From the NCBI GenBank assembly GCA_951406725.2, contig OX597816.1, positions 161,882,001 through 161,946,000 on the forward strand: a stretch of 64,000 bases of DNA. The letters are read 5' to 3'. Both the position numbers and the translations under genes were made by a program. Each line of letters starts with the position of its first letter. Within the stretch, counting starts at the first letter, position 1. Source of the DNA: Octopus vulgaris (taxonomy: Eukaryota). Shown piece after piece: positions 26,381 through 40,484 of this stretch. The notes under the pieces were generated by a model. That model saw nothing but the letters and a program-made list of their open reading frames with translations, did not search any database and had not been told where the DNA came from.

Positions 26381-27361
26381 ACATACATAAATACATACAT
26401 ACATATATACACATGGATACATTAAAAAATTTCTCTATGTGATATTATTATGGGAATTGATGCACACACTTTGGTGTATGCATCGACAGCTCAACCAACA
26501 TACCAACTCAATCACAGATTTACAAACACCGGGACCTCTCCACTCAAAATGTCTCGTCACTTTGTTAGAGACCGGCTTAAACTCTTTTCAGAACTTGAAT
26601 AAAACTTAAAGCATACATACATACATACATACATACATACATACATACATACATACATACACACACACATACATACATACATACATACATACATACATAC
26701 ATACATACATACATACATACATACATACATACACTCACACGAAACAGGCAACAAACATGTTAGAGACGGCAAAATTGCAAAAATATTTATGAAACCTACC
26801 AAACTATAAAACTTGTAACCTCTCGTCATAAACACTCCTGAAAAGCGAAAACAAAATAAAAATGCATTCCATGCTTATGATTAAAATGATATATGTTAAC
26901 GAGATAAATCTTCACTTCTTTGGCCATCAATACTAGTAATCTAAATTTTAATTACGGTATAGATACCAAAACTGTATTATATAAAATATGTGTCATTTAA
27001 TGATTTTCTGAAAATTTTATTGAATAAATCATTAAATATTTAATTTATGAAAGAATAATCAATGATCTGTATTTGAACCTAAATGATGTTTAGTTCTGAT
27101 AAGCAGTATTGTGAACAAATTTGAATGCAAAAATAAAAAAGCTATGATTTCGTCTCAGCAGTTTCGCCCCGCATCATTTCTCAATTTTGTTTTTATATGT
27201 GCAGCGTCAGTTTATATTCGGGCATCAATTTCTATCTGTCTATGCATACTACATTCGTATTTATGTTAAAATTTATTGAGAACCATTTCAATCAATACAT
27301 ACATACATACATACATACATACATACATACATACATACATACATACATACATACATAATAA

Positions 27362-27410
<49 letters not shown>

Positions 27411-27562
27411 CTTTATTTATATATGTGTGTGTGGTGTCAACTATATGTATATATATAGAATTAATGTAAGCAGCAGGTTGCAATGTTTCACCAAACACAC
27501 ATGAATGAAAACATATGCACTAACGGGGACCATAGTTGTCCGAAAAATACCGACCGAGAATT

Positions 27563-27614
27563 CTTAAGACTGATGCGTCACTTTCGGCAATATCCGTTGC
27601 CATCATCAGTTAAC
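27563..27614 (-). ncRNA. Type I hammerhead, intact core, damaged stem III
   Basis: Reverse complement: gttaa-CTGATGA-t-ggcaa cggata ttgcc-GAAA-gtgac gc atcag-TC-ttaag. Confidence 0.75.
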
Positions 27615-27784
27615 CCAGCTCTGTGTTCGGCCACTTCCGGACCTGTTTCTCTGTTAGCATATATGTTTTCGTCATCCAAATTAATGGATGATTTAGCGAT
27701 TCGTTAATGTGTATACACAAAATTAATATAAACAGCAGGTTGCAACAGAGAAACAGGTCCGGAAATGGCCGAATACCGAGTTGG

Positions 27785-27836
27785 CTTAACTGATGATGGC
27801 AACGGAAATTGCCGAAACTGACACGTCAGTCTTAAG
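27785..27836 (+). ncRNA. Type I hammerhead ribozyme with intact core and stems (predicted cut after C27831)
   Basis: cttaa-CTGATGA-t-ggcaa cggaaa ttgcc-GAAA-ctgac ac gtcag-TC-ttaag. Confidence 0.9.
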
Positions 27837-28391
27837 AATTCTCGGTCGCTATTTTTCAGACAATTATGGTTCCTGTTAATGTTTTCATCCATGTGCGTTA
27901 ACTGTAGCATTAGAGCATTTTAGCTCTTATTTCTAGCAATGTAGGTGTTTTTTAACTCCCTAGTTACATTTAGTGACAATAATATATATATATAATAACG
28001 AAGGCAGCTATAAGCAATATTAAACAAAAAGGAAAAATTCAATTGTCACTAATTGTGACTCACAGTATAAGGGTAGTACCTAAACTGCTAGAAATAAGAA
28101 CTAAAACCTTCTTAGTCGCAAAATAACACAAGTCTATGGACTGACAGGGGAGCTAACCGCTCCACAGCGAGCGAGATCATATTAGAACTTTAGTTTCGCT
28201 TGAAATTAAAGCTCTTCATTGATGCCTACTCCGTCGTTGAATGTTTTGGTCAAATCCCGACTGCCAGTGTATAGCATATAGTATTTTATTATAATTCTGC
28301 TTGTCATCCCGTTACTTGGCCTGTCGGTAATGCGTTCATGTAATTAGATAAAAAGAGGGAGAAAGGAAAGACGAAGAGAAAAAAAGAGGGA

Positions 28392-28725
28392 GACAATTGG
28401 AAGAAGGCAGTCTGGGTCAAATGCTTCCTTTGGCTGTCTCCACACGTATACTCGGTCGGTGGTCGGAAATAGGGTAAAGGATGACTCGTCCGAGAAAATA
28501 ACATTCTTCCACTGCTCAAGGAACCAACTCTGTTGGTTTTTTACTCCACTCTAAACGCTTTGCAACGTTTGTTTGAAAGTAGTGGCTTTCTGATTGCAAC
28601 CCTCCCGTGAAATCCAGTTTTTTGTGGAAACTGGGTTCTCGAGGTGATCATTAAGCCCTGCAGTGATTTTGTAAGCTGTACGTTTGTGATCCTTTCTGAC
28701 AATTCGTGTAAGGGAATTGTTAGAA
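28392..28725 (-). pseudogene. Tc1-family transposase fragment
   Basis: Frameshifted translation SLTRIVRKDHKRTA...GFHGRVAIRKPLLS...KRLEW...WKNVIFSDESSFTLFPTTDRVYVWRQPKEAFDPDCLLP (first catalytic Asp in FSDES). Confidence 0.9.
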
Positions 28726-28897
28726 AACATTTCTTCTGGCTTCATTTCATTCGTTTTGTTATTGATTCCATTAAAGAACGAGGAATCTTTTCTGTTATTT
28801 TCTATATTCACTTAGATGTTGGTTTCCTATATTGTGTGCTTATGATTTGATATTTCCATACGATGGAATATCAACATTTCCTTATGACAAAAGTATA

Positions 28898-29450
<553 letters not shown>

Positions 29451-29502
29451 GAAGAAAAAGGTATAGAGGCAGATTATGAACATTAGTAATACCATAATTA
29501 TA

Positions 29503-29678
29503 TACTCTTTACTCTTTTTACTCTTTTACTTGCTTCTATCATTTGACTGCGGCCATGCTGGATCACCACCTTTAGTCGAACAAATCGACCCTAGGGCTTA
29601 TTCTTTGTAAGCCTAGTACTTATTCTACAGTCTGTTTGGCCGAACCGCTAGGTTACGGGAGTGTAAACATACCAACAT
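29503..29678 (-). mobile_element. SINE S1 3' part abutting LINE A
   Basis: ctctttactc... tail and gactgcggccatgctgg motif. Confidence 0.85.
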
Positions 29679-31884
29679 TGTAAAAGTCGACGGCCACCCT
29701 CATTTCTTGACAGGTAAAGTCGTTCTATATCTGCCTTAGGGTGGTGCATTCTATGCGTTGTCAACAATTTTCGTATTTTTCCGTCAGGATTACATATTTC
29801 AGTAACCGACCAGTCAATGATATTGAAACTGTAAGTCACGACCGGTATGGATAAAGTATTGATCGCTTCAATCCTGTTTCTTGCATTCAGCTCTATCTTG
29901 AGTATTGCTCTCACCTTGCGATAACATTCTTTTCTGATCCTTTCCTTCATCATTGAATGTTTGATTCCGTCCCCCTCAATTACCCCTAGGTATTTGTAAC
30001 TCTCTGCTGGTTCTAACTCTAATGACATTCTGCTGGTCAAGGTTAACGTTAGATGTTTATGTCATTTCTCCTTTGATAAAGGTAGCTTTTGCACATTTAT
30101 CGTGACCAAATCGCATCCTGATGTCATTACTGAATTGTTTAACAATAGCTAGTAAGCCCTTGAGTTGTTGGTCATTTTTTGCAAATAGCTTTAAATCATC
30201 CATGTAGATGAGATAATTTATATTTTTATCAAACATTCTGTAACCGTCCTGTGCATCATTGAGCAATTTTGAGAGAGAAGTGGTAAAAGTGAGTCACCCT
30301 GGAAAATGCCACATGAAATTTTTACATCTCTAGCTTTTAGAGATTCATTGTCACTGTTCAAAGTCAGTGTGGTTCTCCATAATCTTATGCTTATATACAA
30401 AAAGTTTCGCAGAGTATGAGCTATTTCATACATTTCCAGACATTTCTTAATCCAGCTATGTGGTAGGCTATCAAAAGTCTTTTTATAGTCTATACAGGCT
30501 ATTGATGAGTTTTTGTGTCGTTTGTGACAATCTTCTAAGATAATCTTGTTGATGAGTAGCTGATCTTTACAACCATAAGATCTACGTTTGCTCATTAGGG
30601 AATATGCTACTTTCTATTAAAAAACTATAGGTATATTCAGTCAGGACAGATGTTAGCGTTTTATACATTGTTGTTAAGCAGGTTATGGGTCGATAATTTT
30701 TTGGTTCATTTGTTTCTCCATTTTTTGGATGTTAAACCATTAACTAGCCAAGAGGGAACCATACAAGGATGATGCAAAACATTGTTGTAAAGTTTTGTTA
30801 GCAGTTTTGTGGCTCTCTGGGAAGGCATTCAACCAGAAGGTAGGGATTTTATCCTTTCCTGGAGACTTCTATTTGCTTGATCTCCTGAGAGCGGATCTTA
30901 TATCTTCTACCTTGACACCGTCCCACTTTTGCTCCTCTAAGGAATCTAAGTCTGTAGATATTATATCAATCCAAGGGTCCTTTTCGTTGTGTCCAAAATT
31001 CCTGCACTTCTCCTTTTGATGGGACAGACTTTATTGTTACTGGTATCTTCCCTATCTTCCTTTAAAATTTTTGGTGTTATTGTTGAAGATGTTGTCCTTG
31101 AAGAATCTAATGCGCTTTTCATACCTTGGTATGCGGGCAGCTTTAGCACATACCTTTTGTTTGATGGTTTCTATGGTGGCATCAATGTCAAGTATGGTTT
31201 TCATATATTTATTCTTTAATTTTCGTGTTTTTGTAGGTTTGATAGTCTTGTCAGACTTAAGGTTCTTCAAACATTCTATGTCAGACCTAAGCAGCTGAAT
31301 TTGGTATTGAATACGCTCTTGCCAAGAAGGCTTTTTTGTGGGAATGTTGTCATTTTCTAATCTTTTCACCACATAGAATCGTTGAGATTTTCGCGAATGC
31401 GTAGTACAGGTGGTTGAGATCTGTGATATCAACATCATTAGCTGAAATTATATCCTTAAGTGCAAGGCAGATTTTACTAATTATTTTCAGGTTTTGGTTA
31501 GAATTGCACATTTTTGGGAGAGTATCGCGTTCATTCATACTGGCTTCTTTAATTTTCAGCCATTCAATCAGGATTTGATTTTTTAGATCATGTAGTTCTG
31601 TTGGGTCAATTTGTGTGTGACTTTCTTCATCTATTTGATTTTCATCTGCCTTAGTGTTTTATGGTTGGTTCAGAGAGTATTTCACTTTGTCTATCAGTTA
31701 CATTAACTCTTTCAATCATTACTGCATTTTCATCAGCCATGGTCTGGTCTATAATTATTTCTTCTGTAGTATCTTTAGTTTCAGCTTCGTTCTTTTTATC
31801 CCTTACTGCTTGTTTAAAATGGCCAATCTCTAATTCAGTTAGTAGTTTTTTTTCATAATGTTTCTTCTGACGTTGGCAAGTTTG
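29678..31884 (-). mobile_element. R4/Dong-like non-LTR retrotransposon copy A (N-terminus plus RT, frameshifted, 3' end missing)
   Basis: GCKDQLLI, IDYKKTFDSLPHSW, GIFQGDSL, YMDDLKLFAK, YKYLGV and MHHPKADIERLYLSRNEGGR; adjacent to (TAA)n. Confidence 0.92.
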
Positions 31885-31959
31885 TTATTATTATTATTAT
31901 TATTATTATTGTTGTTGTTGTTGTTGTAGTTGTTGTTGTTATTGTTGTTGTTATCAAGC

Positions 31960-32175
31960 CGGCGAGCTGGCAGAATCGTTAGCACGCCGGGCAAAATATT
32001 TAGTGGCATTTCATTTGTATCCACGTTCTGCGTTCAAATTTCGCCGAGTTCAACTTTGCCTTTCATCCTTTTGGGTGTCAATAAATTAAGTACAAGCTGA
32101 ATACGGAGGTCGATTTAAGCGACTAACACCCTCCCAGAATATATTCCTGGCTTTGTGACAAAATTCGGAACCATT
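31960..32175 (+). mobile_element. SINE S2 inserted in a (TAA/TTG)n tract
   Basis: cggcgagctggcagaatcgttagcacgccggg... and core motif. Confidence 0.85.
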
Positions 32176-32190
32176 ATTACTGTCATTAAA

Positions 32191-32250
<60 letters not shown>

Positions 32251-32251
32251 T

Positions 32252-34590
32252 AATTTTCATCTGCATATTTGTTACAATCACTTGCCGAGACACACCCAGC
32301 GTCCTAGGGCGAGTGAAGGATAAGATATGTTACAGTATGCCTGAAAGTTTGGGGAAGGGAAGTGGCAGGGGCAGTAGCAAAACATGTTCATCCAACACAA
32401 CATAAACATTTAAATTAATAGGGTTTTTCTAAGGATGAGGGCAGTACTTGTCAGCACAATTTTTCGGATTTCACTGAGACATGGTTCTCCTGGGATATCA
32501 TCTAGATGTTTTTGACATCCCCTTTTTTTTTTATCATACCTAGGGCACCCACAATAACTAGAGCAGTTTTCACTTCAACATGCCGCATCTTTTGCATTTC
32601 GATTTCCAGATCCTTATATTTACTTAATTTGTCAAATTCCTTTACAGATATATTTTTAGCAGTGGGAACACTTTCATCTATTTGTCTACAAATATTTTCT
32701 TCTCTCCTTTATTGACTATATCTGGTCGATTCTCTCGGATCGTTCTGTCGGTGTTGACTGGAAGATCCCAGAGGATAGTGACATTTTTACCTTTAACGAC
32801 TGGCTGAAGATGATGTTTATACCAGTAATCAGGAGTGCTGATCTTGTAGTGTTTACATATTTCCAATGTAAATACTGTCCAACTCTATCGTGGCGATATT
32901 TGTATTCGTTTGGTGCCAGCACAGAACATCCCGAGATGAGATGCTCTATTGCAGAATCTAAATTTAGGTTCAGAACTGTTTTGAAGAACGTTAGCCTGGT
33001 AGTTTTTGGTAAGCAAGCTTTGATCTTGTGTCGCTAATATGACACCTTCAGTCTCTGCTTTCAGTCCTGAGCTTCTTAACCACTGATAGGTTGTTGCTTG
33101 GTCTACATTAGCATTTCGGCTCCGAAGTAAATACTGTCCATGCTGAGGATCCTGGCCCCACTGCTCCCCAAATTGCTGCTGCCTTTTTTTGCAGTTTGTT
33201 TCATCCGTTTTGCTTTTTTCCTGGCAGTGGTTTCAGGTTCTTCATCTAATTCAGGGTTAATGCCAGGTTCCCTTGTGAATTTGCAAGCTTCTTTGACAAT
33301 AGAATGTGACTTTTTACTGCTCTCGTGTTTGCACACTAGCCGCAGCATCCAGTCCTCTCTATTAGATAAGTACTTGTTCATTGCTATTGCAGAGGTCCTT
33401 TAGTACAGCTCTACCTGAATCATTCCTCTTACCCCATTACATCTAGGTAGATACAGACGATCAACGTCTGCTTTTGGGTGGTGCATGTTCTTAGATGCTA
33501 GTAGCTTTTTTTGTCTTCCTGTTCAGGCGTTGGAGCTCTGTAAGATTCAGTTAATGGTGTTAAATCTATATTGGACTACTAGAAGTGCCAGGGTGCTAAT
33601 GGCTTCGACGCGGTTTTTGGAGTTGAGTTCAGTTTTTAGTATGATTCTTATTCTCCTGTAATATTCTGGTGGTAACCCTTCATTCTTTGGTCGTATCATA
33701 CCATCTTTGCTTTCTTTGCAACGAGACGCTGTTTCAGCTCCTCCATTACCACTTTCAGGCCCTTTCTTTCAATATTGTACTTCCTTTTCAGCGCCCTGTA
33801 TTTTTATTCGCTTTTAAGCTCCCCTTTCTCTTGTCGGCCTAACACAGAAATTTCCTTCGAGAGCATGTCTAACCCTGCCTGTGTTCTTCTTTTCCACCAT
33901 GGATCTTTTCTTTTGTCAATCCCATTATATTTCTTTTTCTTCACATCAACACCTACATTTTCTGCTACAAAATAATTGCTGCCTTGATCAAATTATTTGT
34001 TTCTGTGATGTTGTTTGTTCTAGTGTATTTCAGAATTTTATTGATATTTTTCATTTCCTGGTTCAATTACCATCGATCAACCTTTTTAAGGTTGCAAATA
34101 ATGTCGCTATCGTTCTCCTGTAGACTTACCTTTATTCTTTCGTAGATTGCCTTTTGCTCATCTGTCATGTCACCATTAGTTTTATTGTCTTCTTTTAGAT
34201 CATCTATGTCTCTCATCAAATAAACTACCACTGTTCCTTTCCTGTGTTACTTCTATTAGTAAGAGCTGCAATTTCATTGTTATTAATGCTGCTATTTTTC
34301 AAGACCCGTCTTTCGATAGCTTCGAGCTCTACTTCTGTGAACCAACGATGTTTTCTTATTGCTCTAGGTTGATCACATAGTCTCTGTTCCATGAGTTGAG
34401 ACAATCCCTTTTCCCTCCAATGATCATATATACGTTGTCGGTAACTCCTTATTTGAGCACCATGTTCATCTATCGGTTTGCTTATGTAGTAACACTCCAT
34501 GACCACAGCATTAATTTACTTGCTCTTTCTACGCAGTGTGTGGTGGTCCCTTTCTGGATATCGAAAGGCTGGAGCCGGACCAGAATCTCT
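32252..34590 (-). mobile_element. R4/Dong-like LINE copy B (N-terminus, C-terminal Zn-knuckle/RLE and 3' UTR; RT core deleted near 33665)
   Basis: VMECYY...YRQRIYDHW...EQRLCDQPRAI; YKYRHDRVGQYLHW; ILWDLPVNTDRTIRENRPDIV; 3' end runs into (TAA)n at 32191-32250. Confidence 0.9.
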
Positions 34591-34594
34591 GAGC

Positions 34595-34908
34595 CTAAGA
34601 ATGTTGAAGAAAACACTTATGTTTCCAAACGTGAATTATCCAAATTCCAAAGAATTCCTCTCAACTCATGGCTGTGATGCTCCCCATCTACTTCTGCTCG
34701 CGATCAGAGATGCACATATCGTCAGCCACTAAAGGATATGCTCAACTGGTTAAGGTCAAACAACTGACAAGCAAATCTGTGGTATTGAACGGAATATTTG
34801 GTGTAGCCCATCTTTTATACCAAGACAAAACAATGTACATGATAACACTTCCAATCAGTTAAGATCAGAAGCCATGAGAGCCCACTGCCCGGTACTACAT
34901 CAAGGCAT
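34595..34908 (-). mobile_element. Unclassified ~310-bp non-coding segment between LINE pieces (probable non-autonomous element)
   Basis: Discrete non-coding block bounded by LINE B and an (ATT)n remnant. Confidence 0.35.
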
Positions 34909-34922
34909 TATTATCATTAATA

Positions 34923-35135
34923 TTGCCTTTGCACAGCTTCTAACGCTGGAGATGTACTACAGTGTCAGCTATTCACTACCAGTGAACTAAAGTAACACCC
35001 CTTATTTTTCGAGCACCTTCCAGAGTATACGAGCGGTTGCAATCAGTGCTGTTTTCCTCAAGTGCTCCACCCTTATTGCAGCCCCTATTTGTTCCACGTA
35101 CTGCTCGAGATGTTTGCTCACTGTTCCCAGGGCTA
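34923..35135 (-). mobile_element. 5'-truncated R4/Dong-like 3' end (copy C)
   Basis: ALGTVSKHLEQYVEQIGAAIRVEHLRKTALIATARILWKVLEK* plus 3' UTR. Confidence 0.85.
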
Positions 35136-35136
35136 T

Positions 35137-35207
<71 letters not shown>

Positions 35208-35224
35208 TTATTATTATCATTATT

Positions 35225-35445
35225 CAGTAGTTTTATTTTTATAGCGTGCTTTCACTTCACTACCGAGCGCAGCTCTGTGTGCCTTGGGTATGTGCTGTGA
35301 TTTGTTGTGATGCTCTGATGGTTATTGTATGGAAAGTATTCTGCGTAGGATGTGTGCAGTGCCTAGTAGTGCAATTTTCTGTATGTTATATGTGTTTGTA
35401 AGTCCTGGTGTTTTTGTTATGTATTTATCTGAATATTTTTTAATC
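35225..35445 (-). mobile_element. 5'-truncated R4/Dong-like 3' end (copy D)
   Basis: KYITKTPGLTNTYNIQKIALLGTAHILRRILSIQ* plus 3' UTR ending in taataat. Confidence 0.85.
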
Positions 35446-35555
<110 letters not shown>

Positions 35556-35683
35556 TTTTGCTTTATGTCTGTACAAGTTGGCTCCAAGTCTCACCCAGAG
35601 ACCTCAAGAGACAACAGGTTGGAAGTTCACGTTGTTGTTATGCCTAGTGTGCCATATATTTGGGGCTTTTTTTGGTGTTGTAC
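35556..35683 (-). mobile_element. Probable LINE 3' UTR fragment (copy E) between (TTA)n tracts
   Basis: Flanked by TTA repeats on both sides; ctgggtgagacttgg resembles ctgggtgtgtctcggcaag in the LINE B 3' UTR. Confidence 0.5.
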
Positions 35684-35718
<35 letters not shown>

Positions 35719-36484
35719 GTTATTAAGCGATCGAAGATGAAAACGAGGAAGCTGCACCAACAACAATATTAGTCACCTGAACAGCAGAAAGAAGAAACTT
35801 GTAGTAGCGACCCACGCAAACTCAACATTGAATAAACAACACACACGGACACACACACATATATATCTACTCACACATCATCTCTCTTACGTAATATATG
35901 CATATATACATTTATATATGATATATTCACACGTGATCTTTCTTACGCAATATATATATATATATGCGTGTGTGTGTGTGTGAGTGTCTGTCTATGAGCA
36001 TATGAGCGTGTATGTATGTATGTATTATGTACGTATGTATGTATGTATGTATTATGTATGTATGTATGTATGTATGTATGTATGTATGTATGTATGTATG
36101 TTCTGCGTGCACAACAGTCTCAGGTACGTACGAGTATGATTGCCTTCAGGAAACCGTACCGAACTTTTATGTATAAAGTTATAGCCTGGTTTACCAACAC
36201 ACCGGTATGTATATGTGCTTGTATGTATATGTACACATACATACACATGTATCCTTCTATGTATATATGTATATATAAATACACACATACACACACACAC
36301 ATATATGTGTATGTATATATATATATGTGTGTGTGTGTGTATATATGTATTCAAACGTATGTATAACATACATCAATGTGCGCATACCTACGTACGTAAT
36401 TGCAACGCATACAAGAAAAACCTATAAACACACAGACTGCAGCGTAGCACGATTGTATACCTACTGACAGACACAGAAAGAGAA

Positions 36485-36534
<50 letters not shown>

Positions 36535-36829
36535 CGAAAGAGAGAGAGAGAGGAACTTGTCTGATTCGTAAAAGAACGCCTGGGTCCACTTCACAATCTT
36601 CACCGTTTTATATTCCTAGCTTTGAAGCACTAATTTCATGAGTTCTTCATCAAGAGAGGAAGATGTAGGGCTGTCCAGGCCAGCTGACACCATTTGTATG
36701 GTGAAAACAAGCGGAAATCACCGAACAACGATCTTCCTATCTTCTCTATGTCTCTCTTGGCTTCTCATTTCACTTACACGGAGTTTATCTTTAGAATTAA
36801 GTTTCTCTGTTCATTCGCTAGTCTACAGC

Positions 36830-36872
<43 letters not shown>

Positions 36873-36945
36873 ATTTATGTATGTATCTCTGTCTCTTTAT
36901 GTGTGCGTTGGTTTGTTGGTTCATGTGTGTGTATTAGTGTATGTG

Positions 36946-36989
<44 letters not shown>

Positions 36990-37586
36990 AATGTGTGCAT
37001 ATTCCCTGATTTATCAGGATTTTATCTCCAGTTTCTGTTTTTAATAGTTTTGTATTTCGGAAGAGGGCTACACATTTGGAGGTAAGGAAGCGGGCCCAAG
37101 GTAAGTTATTGAACTTTGCTGTGTAGATGGAACGTAAAGGAATCGAACCGACATTAAGAAAGAATGGAAATTTAGCTGAAAAGTCAACAAATTGAGAATC
37201 TCAACTTGTCTTTCTTTAAGGGATTCACAAATTCACATAATTTCAACATTAATATTTCTTCTTAATATTCTTTCAAATTATGGCACAAAGCCAGCAATTT
37301 TTTGGTGGGATGTGATCCGAATACACCGGCTCTAATGTTCGACTGGTACTTATTTTATCGATTACGAAAGGATGAAAGCTAAGTCCACCTCGACTGCATT
37401 TGAACGCAAAACGTAACGAGTTTGAAGAAATATCGCAAGGCTGGTGCTAAATCATACCCGACAGCATTTCTTTAACCAGTCTCAGAGACCCTGGAAACCG
37501 ACATTGCTATTCTCCTTTGACTAAGCAAATTAAAGAATGGATATGTCACTTATCACAATCAGTAAATAAATGAAATTTGTCTCCAT

Positions 37587-37744
37587 AGGCGCAGGCGTTG
37601 CTGTGTGGTAAGAAGCTTGCTTCCCAACCACATCGTTCCGGGTTCAATCCCATTGCACCTTGAGCGAGTGTCTTCTACTATAGTCTCGGGCTGGCCAAAG
37701 CCTTGCGAGTGGACTTGGTGGACAGAAACTGAAAGAAGCCCATC

Positions 37745-37787
<43 letters not shown>

Positions 37788-38596
37788 TATATACATACAT
37801 ATATGTACATACCTACATATATATGTATATATGCATGCATATATGGGTACAGGACGTCAAAAAACGTGAAAATGAGAAGCGAGAACATAAAAAAACATGG
37901 AAAACGAAAAATTCTTTCGAACAACGAAAGAAACAAATAGAGAGACGAGACAGGCAACATAAAGAAATTCCCTTCATCAGTCGTCTCCTGTTTTATCTAC
38001 TCCGCGCTACGAATGTAGGAGCAAGATGCGACTTCGTTAAAGCAGTCGTTCCCGCAAAGCAAACTTTTAAAAAATTGGGATTTGCCGAGGGTTAAAGTGG
38101 TGTCAAAAACAGTGAGAACAAAACAGTAAAAACAAACGGTAAGGGCTGTTAAGCCATAACGAGGTGAAATGTGAACGCTGGAGAAACGAGCTTTGAGAAG
38201 AGACAGGCAAAAGCACGTCTAGTCTTTAAGAAGTGGAAGAAAGATAGATAGCCGTTGGTCACGTGTGAGCAACGAGAGAGTCAAGGAGGAAGAGTGAAGG
38301 AGAAGAGAGGGAACGGTGAAGGGGAGAGGAGAAGAATTAGAGAAAGGGTGGGAGAGAAAACAGAAAGGAAGAAGAACAAGGGAGGGTGATAGAATAGAGA
38401 TAGTTGTAGAGTGCACATCAGAATTATCAAGATAAAACTTACTTTGAAATGGATGCGTGGCGTTCGATCATATAATAATAATATAAATAATGATTCTCGA
38501 GCGTTATACTAATACATCTGTTTGTTTTCTATATCACCTGTCTTCGTCTTATTTTTTTCGTGAATTCTCCCCCCCCCATATATATATATATGGGGG

Positions 38597-38695
<99 letters not shown>

Positions 38696-39066
38696 CACAT
38701 ATATGTACATACCTACATATATATATATAAATACATGCATATATGGGTACAGGACGTCAAAAAACGTGAACAAAATATAAAACGAGAACATAAAAAACAA
38801 AAACATAGAAAACGAACTTTTTATCGAACAACGAAAGAAACAAATAGAGAGACGAGACAGGCAACATAAAGAACATCCCCTTCATGCCTCTGTGTTTGTT
38901 CCCCGCCATCACTTGACAACCGTAACTTAGCGGTTCGGCAAAAGGGACCGACAGAATAAGTACTAAGCTTACAAAGAATAAATCATAGGATCGATTTGTT
39001 CGACTAAAGACGGTACTCCAGCATGGCCGCAGTCAAATGACTGAAACAAGTTAAAAAATAAAAGAA
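37587..39066 (+). mobile_element. SINE S1 split by a ~1.1-kb Penelope-like insertion
   Basis: Head 37587-37747; tail resumes at ~38887-39066. Confidence 0.8.
37785..38885 (-). mobile_element. Penelope pLTR-like element with ~200-bp direct repeats
   Basis: 37785-37980 is repeated at 38690-38885; the reverse complement contains gacgaCTGATGAaggg...gttcGAAA; 38495-38570 resembles 8237-8308. Confidence 0.6.
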
Positions 39067-40446
39067 TATATTCGTATGTGGAGGCGCGTGGCCTAGTGGT
39101 TAGGGTATTGTACTCACGATCATAGATCATGAGTTCGATTCCCGGACCGGCTGCTTGTTATGTTCCTGAAGTAAAAGAGTAAATACTGGTGTAATTAGAA
39201 CCAAAAGCCGAGGTACATAACGAAGGCTAACTGAAGCGATTAGAAATACTGGCATGAAAATAAGTACCGGAGGGGCTCCTCTTTACCGTTTCCATGGCCA
39301 TTAGAATATCTGAATTCAGACTGAAGACAAACGAAGCACTCGTTAATTATGCGGTAATCCACCTACTTACAGCGGCAAGCGGTATCTATGACATGTTAGC
39401 TACGTATATTTAGGTAGATTAAACAGGCACGTGACAATCAGTGAAGGGATAACCGAATCAGCAGCTCTCGGCTCGGTTACTAGTCAGTTAGCGATACCAC
39501 TACACCTGTGTACACAGAACCATATCAAAACAAAAGAAAATTCACATGTTTACTGCGAAAATATAACCGACTCCAGGGACAAAGGAACAATTTGGTTAGG
39601 CTGTATTTGTTAGTTCCTAAGTGAATAAAAATAGACAGATCGAGAATATTTTCTGTTATTTTCCAATGTTAAATAAATATCTGCTAGCTTAAAAAAAAAA
39701 AAAAAGAAAAAGAGACAAGTAATAATGAATATATTTTTTTTTCTGAAATAGAATTTCAGCAGACCTCAAAACTCAAACAATTAAACAGTAATCCAAGGTG
39801 TGTCAGGTCTCATAGCAACGTAAAATTGTGATAAAATCTAATTAAAACAAAGCCATGAGTTCTATGGCAGAAAGAAAATTACCAATTATAAATATCATGT
39901 TATAATTTGATATGTTTTAGAGTTATGTTAGTTTCAAGCTAGGGCAATCAGCATAGTCACAGCGTTGAATGATAAATTTTTACCCCCTCCACCGGTAACA
40001 ATTATAAAATTATTATTTTTATAATATTCGAGTCGTTTAGTAATTTATTAAACACATCTGTTTATAATTGCTTGTTTGTAAATATCAGTATATATGTCAA
40101 CACACACACACACACACATGTACACACAAACATACATATACACACATACATAAGCAGACACATGTTCATTTATAGACGTACACAACCCCCCCCCCCCAAA
40201 AAAAAAAACGTTTGAATGCGTATACGCACATGCATATATACACAGAAACGAACGCGAGCGCTACTGTTCATACAGAGTTAATAATGATGGCTGCAGTAAA
40301 TGACTAAACGAACTAATTATAATTACTTCCGGTCTATAACAACACTAAATGTCAACATGTTTACAAGAATAGAGTTACAGACGAAGTGTAGAGAAATGAG
40401 AGTTTCTGAAAGTTTATTTGCAAGTGGGATAATACAGACATACATG

Positions 40447-40484
<38 letters not shown>

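Larger units (their letters stand above)
27455..28110. mobile_element. Family H1 element with an inverted duplication carrying two hammerheads
   Basis: Inverted arms ~27497-27655 and ~27745-27899; direct repeat aattaat..aagcagcaggttgcaa at 27459 and 27721; tail 27905-27980 inverted again at 28040-28110. Confidence 0.75.

Noticed and set aside
25735-26442. 235-aa (TYLP)n ORF or telomere-like array
   Set aside because: It is a (CCTA)n microsatellite, not TTAGGG, with no coding evidence.
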